DNA from: Proteiniphilum sp.
Lineage (GTDB): Bacteria > Bacteroidota > Bacteroidia > Bacteroidales > Dysgonomonadaceae
Reading direction: 5' to 3'
NCBI GenBank assembly: GCA_041676805.1
Contig: JBAYRG010000001.1
Location: 1-47,354, forward strand
Length of the DNA stretch: 47,354 nt
The position numbers were made by a program, and so were the translations under genes. Below the pieces are notes generated by a model. The model saw only the letters and a list, made by a program, of their open reading frames with translations, had not been told where the DNA came from and ran no database searches. Positions 19,406 to 28,273 of the stretch are shown one piece after another (positions within the stretch are counted from its first letter, which is position 1; the number at the start of each line of letters is the position of its first letter).

Positions 19406-19933
19406 TTAATATTTCCCGATATGCACTTTCTCCCAGAGAAGATTATCCGGATCGGCAGGGGTTCTTTCTTTCTCTTTCTTACCGAAGGCAATCATACACA
19501 ACACCTCCAACGGCATGGGAATATCCAGCAGATCATTGATATATTCACCTGCTGTTATCGTATCGGAATAATTGCGGTTTCTCACCTGCACCCAACAGCT
19601 GCCTATACCCAACTCTTCGGCCTGCAGCTGCATATTGATGGCGGCTATAGAAGCATCTTCCACCCAGGCGTCACTCATCAGCGGGTTTCCCAGTACCGCG
19701 ACAGCCAATGCGGCATCGGCAACAAACGAAGCACTGCCCGGTTTACAAACCGATAATTGGGAGAGGATCTCTTTCTCTTCCACAGCAATAAATTCCCAAG
19801 AATGTTTGTTTTTAGAAGTGGGTGAAAGTAGCGCCGCTTCCATAATTTTCCGGATCTCATCAGGCAATAACAATTCCTTTCTGAATTTCCTGATACTCCG
19901 GCGACGAATCAATAAGTTTTGAAAATCGAACAT
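19406..19933 (-). CDS. Nitroreductase family protein
   Basis: RRSIRKF, AALLSPTSKN, W.F, EDASIA and ELGIGSCWV motifs. Confidence 0.92.
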   Translation of the reverse strand: MFDFQNLLIRRRSIRKFRKELLLPDEIRKIMEAALLSPTSKNKHSWEFIAVEEKEILSQLSVCKPGSASFVADAALAVAVLGNPLMSDAWVEDASIAAINMQLQAEELGIGSCWVQVRNRNYSDTITAGEYINDLLDIPMPLEVLCMIAFGKKEKERTPADPDNLLWEKVHIGKY

Positions 19934-20199
19934 CTTTTATTGAAATTTTGAGCGCAATGATACGAAAAAATTGGGGATAAAGCACCATTTTTCGGAAAAT
20001 CGAGTCCGGGACTATCAGATATCTATATAGAACCATTCTAAATTGATATCTTTTTTTATTATGTTTAGAGAGTATAGGATGCGTTCCGGAAAAACTCAAT
20101 GAGTTAGACTATTCCTACGTTCAGCAAAACAGGTACACTCGTTCTGCCCTCACTTGACAGAATAGTTCAATCATGCTTGTTTTTTCTTTCGACTTTCAC

Positions 20200-20207
20200 T
20201 ATTTTTG
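20200..20207 (+). promoter_or_regulatory. -7 promoter element for the hemerythrin-LuxR operon
   Basis: TATTTTTG, 36 nt upstream of the ATG at 20243. It lies inside the ORF-track extension, which supports the later start. Confidence 0.6.
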
Positions 20208-20242
20208 CATCACTATTTCGTCATACTAATCGATTCTACGGC

Positions 20243-20956
20243 ATGTATCATTCTTCAAGGATAAGAGTAAAGCCATATATGAAAATGGCTGATCTGATCG
20301 ATGGCAACCCTTACCTGTTAATGATGTTGCAGCACTTCAACATCGACTTCCGGGTAAGCGACCGGACCGTATTGCAGCTTTGTGCCCAGTACGATATCAG
20401 TGAGTTGCTATTCATCAGTATAGCCAATCTTTACAATGGGTCCGGAAGCAGAGAGGTACAACCTTTCTCCAAAAAGGATCTACTTCAGGTAATCGATTTT
20501 CTGAAGAGCAGCCATAATTATTACCGATTCGATAAATATCCCCAAATCAGTACTTGTATCCGTCAGCTTCAGGAAAATCATCCCGAGAAAGAATTGAAGT
20601 TATTAGAAAAATTCTTCAATGAGTATTTTACGGAAGTCAGGGAGCACCTTGATTATGAAGATGAAGTAGCTTTCCCCTATTTCATTACGCTATTAGGCAA
20701 CAATAAACAAAATAACAACCGGGAAATTTATTCCTCAAGGGAATACAGTGATCATCATACCGATATAGAATTGAAACTAAAGGATTTAAAAAATCTCCTA
20801 CTTAAATATATAAAGATTGATAACGATCTCGATCTTCGTCGCAAGTTGTTCATGTCGCTTTATGAACTTGAGTTCGATCTGTACATCCACTCCTTAATCG
20901 AGGAGACCATTTTGATCCCGTCGGGAATAGATATTGAAAGGGAGCAAAATGAATAA
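20243..20956 (+). CDS. Hemerythrin-domain protein with RIC/ScdA-like N-terminus
   Basis: FLKSSHNYY, HLDYEDEVAFPY, HHTDIE and HSLIEETILIP di-iron His/Glu motifs. Confidence 0.85.
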   Translation: MYHSSRIRVKPYMKMADLIDGNPYLLMMLQHFNIDFRVSDRTVLQLCAQYDISELLFISIANLYNGSGSREVQPFSKKDLLQVIDFLKSSHNYYRFDKYPQISTCIRQLQENHPEKELKLLEKFFNEYFTEVREHLDYEDEVAFPYFITLLGNNKQNNNREIYSSREYSDHHTDIELKLKDLKNLLLKYIKIDNDLDLRRKLFMSLYELEFDLYIHSLIEETILIPSGIDIEREQNE

Positions 20957-21554
20957 GTCCGCACAGCTCCATATAGCCATTTTAGAGTCTTCGAAGATTA
21001 TTTGTGAAGGTATACAGACGATTCTTTACCAGTCGGATATGGATTGCCGTATCTACAGGTTAGAGACACTGGACGACTTGATCGAACTTCTTGACACCCA
21101 CCCCATCGATATATTAATCGCTAATCCGGTACAATTTGTAAACCGGGAGAAGGAGATCCAAAAGATCAGGAAGCATTACCCCTCCCTGGCCGTTGCCGGT
21201 ATTGATTTCGGAATGATGCATAAACCGTCGACACTGATCGACATTACTTTTACCCTTTACGACTCAACCGAACACATCGTACACCTACTTCTGAAACTCG
21301 ATAAAAAGAGCCAATCCCAACCAAATGAAAAAGAGGGAGAAGAAAACCTCACCAAAAGAGAGATCGAGGTGCTGACCGGCCTTGTCAATGGAATGTTGAA
21401 CAAAGAAATTGCCGATGCGCTCAATATCAGTATTCATACCGTGGTAAGGCACAGAAAAAATATTGCGATGAAAACAGGAATACGCAGCCAGTCAGGACTT
21501 ACCATCTATGCTATTTCCAAGAAAATTATTTCTATTGAAGATATAGATATTTAA
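20949..21554 (+). CDS. LuxR-family regulator with an atypical receiver domain (CdhR-like)
   Basis: LTKREIEVL...GMLNKEIADALNISIHTVVRHRKNI LuxR HTH. The phospho-acceptor position reads ILIANP (Asn). Start overlaps the hemerythrin stop. Confidence 0.88.
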   Translation: MNKSAQLHIAILESSKIICEGIQTILYQSDMDCRIYRLETLDDLIELLDTHPIDILIANPVQFVNREKEIQKIRKHYPSLAVAGIDFGMMHKPSTLIDITFTLYDSTEHIVHLLLKLDKKSQSQPNEKEGEENLTKREIEVLTGLVNGMLNKEIADALNISIHTVVRHRKNIAMKTGIRSQSGLTIYAISKKIISIEDIDI

Positions 21555-21669
21555 CTTAACAAAAAAAGGTTACTCGTCTTACCGTTTAAGTATAGACGGC
21601 ATGAAGGATTTTAGCCATATCAGGGGGGGCGTGGTTTCTTTGTTATTTTTTTATTACTTATATGAGTTT

Positions 21670-21868
21670 TTCCGGATACTGAAAACACTCCCCTGAACAA
21701 GAAACAGATGCTCATCCACAGGTATTCAATAAACGATGCAATAGAACATTTGAAGTCCGTCAAACAAATCAAATTTGCTCTGGAGGAATTCATAATATCA
21801 GAAATGAACAAATCAACCAAGGCCTTACTCAAACAGATAAAAATATCGATTACCTAAAAATTTAGGGT
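21670..21868 (+). mobile_element. Probable C-terminal remnant of an IS1634/IS4-type transposase with right end
   Basis: With one frameshift it reads FRILK/TPLNKKQMLIHRYSINDAIEHLKSVKQIKFALEEFIISEMNKSTKALLKQIKISIT* (stop at 21855-21857), followed by CCTAAAAATTTAGGG. Resembles Bacteroidota transposase C-termini from memory and sits at the island boundary. Confidence 0.5.
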
Positions 21869-21955
21869 TTGGGATTAAGCAAATAAACTTGAGATACCAA
21901 CAAAGGAAAAACGACAAATTTTAAATTTAGATAATAATATGAACAAACTTTTTTG

Positions 21956-22003
21956 TACATTTGTAATAATTGAGATATACTGTTGCTAACATTACAGTAT
22001 CTC
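21956..22003 (+). promoter_or_regulatory. Promoter and inverted repeat upstream of the apnL-like gene
   Basis: TACATTTG -7 element (21956-21963) followed by GAGAT(AT)ACTGT-N10-ACAGTATCTC. Confidence 0.55.
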
Positions 22004-22028
22004 TTTTAGTATCTGAAAATCAACGATA

Positions 22029-23729
22029 ATGAATCCAATCAAAATAGACACATCCCTTTTCAGTTTCTTCTTTTCAGATGGTGATCTACGTAAAATAAAC
22101 ATACTGGGAAAAGAAATTATCCAGCGAGTCTATTTTGCCGTAAGAGATGAGGAATGGCAAAATATTGAACATATAACAAAAGATTTCAAATCTAAGTTTT
22201 CCAATACGACAATCACTTATTCTTATCAGCTTATATTCAAGAATGATAAGGTGGACTTCACCACCAAACTAACAATAAAAATTAAAGACAATAAGCTTAT
22301 TATCGAAGCAAACGGTAATGCTTTATCCAACTTTATGAGGAACCGGATTGGATTATGCATCCATTTACCTTCTTCGCTAAAAGGGAGTCCATGTCATGTT
22401 TCTCATACTGACCAGACATCTTCAGCGACTGTACTGCCTCTCCTCGTTTCACCACATCAACCAGTAAAAAACATATCACAAATTGAGTTACAATTCGATC
22501 GTTTTTCAGCAAAAATCGATTTCGAGGGTGACATTTTTGAAATGGAAGATCAACGAAACTGGACAGATGCTTCCTATAAAGTTTATTCTACTCCTCTAGA
22601 GTTACCCTTCCCCGTAGAGGTGAAGAAAGGGGAACTGTTCTATCAGAAAATCACCATCACTATCTTAACGGATGTGCATGCCAAAGAATATTTTGGGATG
22701 AAGGATCAGAATAGTGAAAAGCAACTATTGCCTCCTCTATTGTTGGGAACAATGATCCCAGATAACTTTTCCACTGAAATAGTGGATTACTTCTTCCAGC
22801 ACAATAATTTTCCGTTTTCTTTTCTGAGGATCGATTTTCGACTGTATAATAACCTCTGGGAAGATAAGGTGCGGAACATTATTCTGTTTGCACAGGAAAT
22901 GAATATCCCTATTTATGCGATACTCTACTTCAGTAAAGAATATTATAGCGAAGCAGAAGCATTCAAGTTGTTTTGCAAACACAACTCATTATCATCACTT
23001 ATTCAATTTACTGCTTTACTATCCTCTGAGGGATTTGTTCTTACAGATAACGAGCTTCCCCAGCTCTTATCACAATTGCGCCCATTTCTCCCGAATGCGC
23101 AGATAGGCGCAGGTACAGATGCCAATTTTGCCCAACTAAACCGTAATTATCAGTCCGAACAAGACTTAGACTTCATATGTTACTCCATTCAACCACAGGA
23201 GCATGCATCAGATAAGATATCGATTACTGAAAATATTATGGGCCTGTATGATACCGTAAAGACAGCCGAAACGTTTAGCAATGGTAAGCCAATACATATC
23301 AGCGCCCTCTCATTGTTCAGAAGATTTAACGCAAATGTAGAAAAAATTACACCGAATAATCACCTGTCAGACTATCCCTATGCCGGCAGTAATTTTGAAA
23401 CAGGTTGGTTTATCGGAGCCCTACATGAGCTTATTGTAGCGGGAGCAAAGATAATAATTTTCATTTTTCATCTTACGAAAAATTCTCCACTTCTTACATT
23501 CTTTGAAAAACTGACAAATTATCCACCCGAGAATTTCTATTCCAGTCGTTCTCCGTTACCCGAAAAATACGTTTTGCTATCATGGAAATCAGCAGGAAAA
23601 AAACACTCAGTAGTCGCTAATCTTACCGGAGAGTTAATTACCATCCAACACAACTCTTCGAAATCAAAACTCTATCCGTATGAGATTCAATATACCGAAA
23701 GAGAGATCACAGATCAAAGCGAATCGTGA
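22029..23729 (+). CDS. apnL: D-apionate (apionolactone) lactonase-like protein
   Basis: AVRDEEW, NRIGLCIHLP, VSPHQP and especially GDIFEMEDQRNWTDASYKVYSTPLELPFP; later GTDANFAQLNR and PQEHASD. Neighbours are ApsD/ApnO/OiaC-like. Confidence 0.8.
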   Translation: MNPIKIDTSLFSFFFSDGDLRKINILGKEIIQRVYFAVRDEEWQNIEHITKDFKSKFSNTTITYSYQLIFKNDKVDFTTKLTIKIKDNKLIIEANGNALSNFMRNRIGLCIHLPSSLKGSPCHVSHTDQTSSATVLPLLVSPHQPVKNISQIELQFDRFSAKIDFEGDIFEMEDQRNWTDASYKVYSTPLELPFPVEVKKGELFYQKITITILTDVHAKEYFGMKDQNSEKQLLPPLLLGTMIPDNFSTEIVDYFFQHNNFPFSFLRIDFRLYNNLWEDKVRNIILFAQEMNIPIYAILYFSKEYYSEAEAFKLFCKHNSLSSLIQFTALLSSEGFVLTDNELPQLLSQLRPFLPNAQIGAGTDANFAQLNRNYQSEQDLDFICYSIQPQEHASDKISITENIMGLYDTVKTAETFSNGKPIHISALSLFRRFNANVEKITPNNHLSDYPYAGSNFETGWFIGALHELIVAGAKIIIFIFHLTKNSPLLTFFEKLTNYPPENFYSSRSPLPEKYVLLSWKSAGKKHSVVANLTGELITIQHNSSKSKLYPYEIQYTEREITDQSES

Positions 23730-24391
23730 TAAAATGTATTCATTAGTGCGATAATTGTTTGTTTCACAGTTTCTAAATGATTGTGCATCAATCGGGAGGC
23801 GTCTTCTTTTCTTCCTTCGTAAATAGCTTCTCCTATCTCAAGATGCTCTCGTACCGATTTTTCAACACGCTCCTCCAATACCAACATACCTAATTTAATA
23901 CGGAGAAACTGAAGATTCAAATTGTTAACAATCACCCCTGCCCGAGAATTGTTAGCAATCCTAAATAACAGATCATGAAAATCGGCATCTAACTCGAGCC
24001 ATCTTTGTACATATGCATCATGTTGATAGCCCTCTTCGTTATTTAACGATCTCATCTCTACAAGCATATCTGCCAACTCCTTTTTGTTTTCTACACTAGC
24101 TTTTATCGAAGCCTGGAAGGCTACCATACTTTCGATAGACTGTTTTATCTGAAATATCTCTTCGATATCTTTGGGAAAAAGAATATGAATTCTCTTCTTC
24201 CGTTCAGAAGAGACAATGAATCCTTCATTCTCCAATCTCATAATAGCTTCCCTCACTGGAGTTCGTCCGAAACCGAACTTCTGCGCTAATTGAATTTCCG
24301 CTACAGTATCACCCGGTCGGAGTTCTGAAGAGATAATTGCTTTTAATATACGGTCATAAGCACCGTTAGAATTAGAAGTTGAATTTCGCAT
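23714..24391 (-). CDS. GntR-family (FCD domain) transcriptional regulator
   Basis: AYDRILKAII...LRPG...LAQKFGFGRTPVREAIMRLENEG wHTH; DADFH...NN and EHLEI...MHNHL FCD motifs. Likely start is MRNSTS. Confidence 0.92.
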   Translation of the reverse strand: MRNSTSNSNGAYDRILKAIISSELRPGDTVAEIQLAQKFGFGRTPVREAIMRLENEGFIVSSERKKRIHILFPKDIEEIFQIKQSIESMVAFQASIKASVENKKELADMLVEMRSLNNEEGYQHDAYVQRWLELDADFHDLLFRIANNSRAGVIVNNLNLQFLRIKLGMLVLEERVEKSVREHLEIGEAIYEGRKEDASRLMHNHLETVKQTIIALMNTFYHDSL

Positions 24392-24416
24392 GAGTAAAAA
24401 GCTCAAAAATTGACAA

Positions 24417-24466
24417 TATACAACATATATATCATATGATATATGATATATAGGAAAACAAAGATA
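24417..24466 (-). promoter_or_regulatory. gntR promoter with an 18-bp perfect palindrome (candidate operator)
   Basis: Minus-strand TATCTTTG at 24459-24466; palindrome ATATATCATATGATATAT at 24427-24444 just downstream of it. Confidence 0.65.
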
Positions 24467-25057
24467 CAAAAGAATTCTCATAAAAAAGAATTTCAACTTT
24501 ATTATAACTAAGAATTAATGAATATCCTCTTATACATATAAAAAAATTCACATGTAAGTATATAGATAATACCTATTAATGCATACATACAAAATCAAAA
24601 AAATAGAGACTTCGCAATCCATATGGAACTTGCGTTCAATGCCTATAAGAAGTCTTATGATGGAAATAATCCTGTTACCTACATGGATAAATCGCCAAAC
24701 AACTGATAAGCGAGGACGGGGAATCACTGCCAATGAAATCCGAATCGAAAAGCGAAAAGATTGGCATGAAATTGTCAATACATTTATGGTGGATGAACTC
24801 CTTCCCAGGCAGCAAACAATAAAGGTTACGGATAAAATTTAAAAGATTATATCCCTCAGCTCAACCCAGAAGTGCAACGCAGATTTACCATAACGCTAAT
24901 TACAATTTTTTTATTTTAAAGAACTTATCCTCTTCTTGAAAACATATCTAGAATTTATTTAAATCTTATCAGCAGCTTGTTTTCTGGTTTTCTAAAAAAC
25001 TCCCATAGATATTTTTGAAGAGATTACAAATAAAATTAAAAAAAATATTTGATTTTA

Positions 25058-25128
25058 TTTGTTTGCATGTGAAATATTCATATCTTTGCATACATAAAGG
25101 CATCAATTCAGTATACAGAATATATACT
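25058..25128 (+). promoter_or_regulatory. Promoter of the catabolic operon with a downstream inverted repeat
   Basis: TTTG (25058-25061), 19-nt spacer, TATCTTTG (25081-25088); then AGTATA-N7-TATACT at 25110-25128. Confidence 0.72.
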
Positions 25129-25160
25129 AATTACTTAAAATGTTTCATAAATAGAAGAAT

Positions 25161-26162
25161 ATGTTTGAAGTACAAAATTATTTTCTATCCATAATATTAT
25201 GCTCTCTGGCTATGATTTGTTGGGGTTCATGGCAAAATACGAGAAATGTGATCAGACATCCCTGGCGTTTTGAATTGTTCTATTGGGATTTTTCAGTAGG
25301 AATTCTCCTTTTATCACTTATCGCTGCCTTTACCCTTGGGAGTATGGAACCAGCCAACAGAACTTTTATACAGGATATGATTCAGGCTCATTTTCGTTAT
25401 ATCTTGTTTGCAATGCTTGGAGGTTTTATCTGGAATCTGGGCACTATTCTGCTTACGGCAGGTATTGCTACCACAGGCATGGCCGTAGCTTTCCCTATAG
25501 GGGGAGGGATAGGGTGGATATTAGGCATTGTGGTAAATTATATTGGTCAACCTGAAGGAAATCCCTTCTGGCTTTTCATCGGTTGCGCGGTAATCATTCT
25601 AGCCATCATATGCAGCATGTTTTCCTATAAAAAGAGATCGGCATCTCAGCAGAAGAGTACAAGAGGAGTCATTTATGCATTGGTGGCGGGTATTTTTATA
25701 GCTTTTTTCTACCGTTTTGTGATGATGTCTGTCGGTTTCGATATCACCCCGTCATATACCGGAGGAGCATTGACTCCTTATACTTCTGTAGTATTCTTTG
25801 CTTTGGGTGCTTTTATAAGTACGCTTATATTCAATCCTATATTTATGAAACATCCGGTAGAAGGAGAATCTGTTACGATGAGAGATTATTTCAAAGGAAA
25901 ACCCAAAATACATTTTATAGGAGTACTTGGTGGAATGATCTGGTGTTTAGGTCAAGTATTGAGCGTAATGTCAGCCAAAGCAGCTTCTCCTGCTATTGCG
26001 TATGGATTGAGCAATGGTGCGCCTATCGTAGCTGCCATATGGGGTATTTTCGTTTGGAAAGAATTTAAGGATGCACCGAGAGGAACCAATAGGGTACTGG
26101 CGTTTATGTTCCTGTTCTATCTGATTGGATTGGCATTGATCGTTTACTCACGGTACGTATAG
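25161..26162 (+). CDS. GRP/ureide-permease-like DMT sugar transporter
   Basis: About 10 TM helices; CWGSW, WRFELFYWD, GMAVAFPIG and AAIWGIFVWKEFK motifs. Confidence 0.85.
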   Translation: MFEVQNYFLSIILCSLAMICWGSWQNTRNVIRHPWRFELFYWDFSVGILLLSLIAAFTLGSMEPANRTFIQDMIQAHFRYILFAMLGGFIWNLGTILLTAGIATTGMAVAFPIGGGIGWILGIVVNYIGQPEGNPFWLFIGCAVIILAIICSMFSYKKRSASQQKSTRGVIYALVAGIFIAFFYRFVMMSVGFDITPSYTGGALTPYTSVVFFALGAFISTLIFNPIFMKHPVEGESVTMRDYFKGKPKIHFIGVLGGMIWCLGQVLSVMSAKAASPAIAYGLSNGAPIVAAIWGIFVWKEFKDAPRGTNRVLAFMFLFYLIGLALIVYSRYV

Positions 26163-26164
26163 AG

Positions 26165-26986
26165 ATGAATAACAAGCTTAAAATAGGGATTGGAAGTTAC
26201 ACTTTCACGTGGTCGGTAGGTGTTCCCGGATATGATAATAAGAACTCCTTTTCAGCTTTTGATTTAATAGAAAAAGCATTGGAGTTGAAAGCGGAAGTGG
26301 TACAATTTGCTGATAATATGCCTCTGGAGAATTATTCCCGGGATGAATTAGTCCGGCTCTTATCATTTGCAGAGGAGAAATTAATTACGATAGAAGTAGG
26401 TGCGAAGGGACTTACCTTGGAAAGATTGGAGATGTATATCGAGATAGCCTGTTTTCTGCATGCAGATACTTTGCGTTTCATTATAGATGGGAATGACTAT
26501 GAACCTTCATTCGACACAATAATTAAGGTGATCCGTCCATGCATACCCTTATTACAAAAAACGAGAGTCAGACTTGCATTGGAAAATCATGACAGGTTAA
26601 CATGTGCAGAGTTCTCATCTATTGTCGAGGCCTGTAATTCTCCGTTTGTAGGTATTTGTCTGGATACGGTCAATTCTCTGGGGATACCTGAAGGAACTGA
26701 AGAAGTGATCAATACACTCTCTCCTTTTACATTAAACCTTCATGTGAAGGATTTCAGTATCGGACGGTTGGATCATAAAATGGGTTTCAAGGTGGAGGGT
26801 ACGCCAGCAGGGGAAGGTAAACTTGATATTACCGGATTATTTGGCAAGCTTAGCGTCAAAGGCAAGTGTAGCAGTGCCATTCTGGAGCTATGGACACCGT
26901 TCGGACCTACCCTGGAAGATACGATTGCCCGTGAGAATGAGTGGGCTCGTAGAAGTATGCAATATTTACGTCAATTGTCTTATTAA
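26165..26986 (+). CDS. oiaC: Xylose-isomerase-like TIM barrel, probable 3-oxo-isoapionate decarboxylase
   Basis: IGIGSYTFTW, IEVGAKG, LALENH, ICLDTVNS, LHVKDF and C-terminal LELWTPF...ENEWARRSMQYL resemble OiaC; context next to ApsD/ApnO. Confidence 0.7.
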   Translation: MNNKLKIGIGSYTFTWSVGVPGYDNKNSFSAFDLIEKALELKAEVVQFADNMPLENYSRDELVRLLSFAEEKLITIEVGAKGLTLERLEMYIEIACFLHADTLRFIIDGNDYEPSFDTIIKVIRPCIPLLQKTRVRLALENHDRLTCAEFSSIVEACNSPFVGICLDTVNSLGIPEGTEEVINTLSPFTLNLHVKDFSIGRLDHKMGFKVEGTPAGEGKLDITGLFGKLSVKGKCSSAILELWTPFGPTLEDTIARENEWARRSMQYLRQLSY

Positions 26987-27006
26987 TTTTATTTTATACT
27001 GATTCA

Positions 27007-28047
27007 ATGGAAAAATTAAAATTTGCTGTTTTAGGCACAGGCTTTTGGGCGCAGTTTCAGGTAGGAGCCTGGGGTGAAATTCCGGAAGTAGAGCTTGTGG
27101 CGCTTTACAACCGTACCAGATCAAAAGCTCAAGCATTGGCAGAGAGATTTCAGGTGAGCAATATCTATAATGATGCTACTGAGTTATTTGCTAAAGAGAG
27201 ACTAGATTTTGTGGATATTATCACCGATGTAGATACTCATTTCAAATTTGTTGAAATGGCTGCCGACGCAGGGATAAAACATATAATCTGCCAGAAGCCG
27301 ATGGCACCCGACTGGGAGACTGCCAAAAGGATGGTAGAGAAGTGCAGGCAGAAAGGTGCATCCCTCTATATTCATGAAAATTTCCGTTGGCAAGCTCCCT
27401 TAAGGCGTTTTAAGGAAATTATGGATTCTGGAATTATCGGTAGACCTTTCAAGGCACGTGTCTCCTTCCTTTCAAATTTTCCTGTTTTTGATAATCAACC
27501 CTTTCTTAAGGAACTACCTCATTTTATCCTTACCGATATGGGATCGCACGTACTAGATATTTGTCGCTACTTGTTTGGAGAAGCGTCTAAATTGTGGTGC
27601 CAAACCAGAACGATGAATCCTGGGATCCAAGGGGAAGATGTAGCTGTGGTGATGATGGAAATGGCTAATGGAATGCCACTCTATACGGAAATGTCTTATG
27701 CTTCTATGGTGGAACACGATATGTTCTCTACTGTGAATGTATTAGTGGAGGGTGAAAAGGGAACTATTGCCTTAGGACCTGGGAATTCATTTGAAATAAG
27801 GACCACCACAACCCGGGGTACCTCATTAGAAAAAGTTGAATTTCCTTCTTATGGTTGGGCTGACCCCAATTATATCGTAAATCATGAAAGTGGCATACAT
27901 GTAAACCGTGATATATTGAACGCAATGATACAAAAAGGCAAGGCCGAGACTACAGGTGAGGATAATCTGGAAACAGTGCGTTTGGTGTGGGCTTCCTACG
28001 AATCAGCAAAAAGGGGTGAAATGATTTACCTGAAAAATTTTGGTTAA
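27007..28047 (+). CDS. apsD: Gfo/Idh/MocA oxidoreductase, probable D-apiose dehydrogenase
   Basis: GTGFWA Rossmann motif, ICQKPMA, HENFRWQ, NQPFL and DMGSHVLDICRYLFGE; no signal peptide. Confidence 0.75.
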   Translation: MEKLKFAVLGTGFWAQFQVGAWGEIPEVELVALYNRTRSKAQALAERFQVSNIYNDATELFAKERLDFVDIITDVDTHFKFVEMAADAGIKHIICQKPMAPDWETAKRMVEKCRQKGASLYIHENFRWQAPLRRFKEIMDSGIIGRPFKARVSFLSNFPVFDNQPFLKELPHFILTDMGSHVLDICRYLFGEASKLWCQTRTMNPGIQGEDVAVVMMEMANGMPLYTEMSYASMVEHDMFSTVNVLVEGEKGTIALGPGNSFEIRTTTTRGTSLEKVEFPSYGWADPNYIVNHESGIHVNRDILNAMIQKGKAETTGEDNLETVRLVWASYESAKRGEMIYLKNFG

Positions 28048-28273
28048 AGTATAACAATAAAGAACGAAGGGCCAAAAATTAGGACATATTCATTAAAGTT
28101 TATGTCGAATAAGATTTTAGATATTTGATTATCATCAATCTTATTCCTTAATCAATATAATGTCTATTACGGGTTTTTGATTTTTTTATTTATCGATTTA
28201 TTCTGGTTTTTAATTCTAAAATTCTTGATTATGGGATGTTTCCATGCAAATACAAGACAAGACAATTAATCGT

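Noticed and set aside
21620-21832. 70-aa minus-strand ORF and the G7 run near 21623 as a phase-variable gene
   Set aside because: The ORF is antisense to the transposase-like fragment, and the G run is short and not within a credible gene or promoter.
23714-23729. 16-bp convergent overlap of apnL and gntR
   Set aside because: Short 3' overlaps are common (also cdd/DUF4348); no further evidence for antisense control.
24392-24496. Extended GntR N-terminus in the ORF track
   Set aside because: It runs through the promoter and palindrome; the wHTH begins after MRNSTS.
24548-24842. ORFs 24548-24778 (-) and 24579-24842 (+) as real small genes
   Set aside because: No recognisable motifs, and they overlap on opposite strands; kept only as a possible pseudogene relic.
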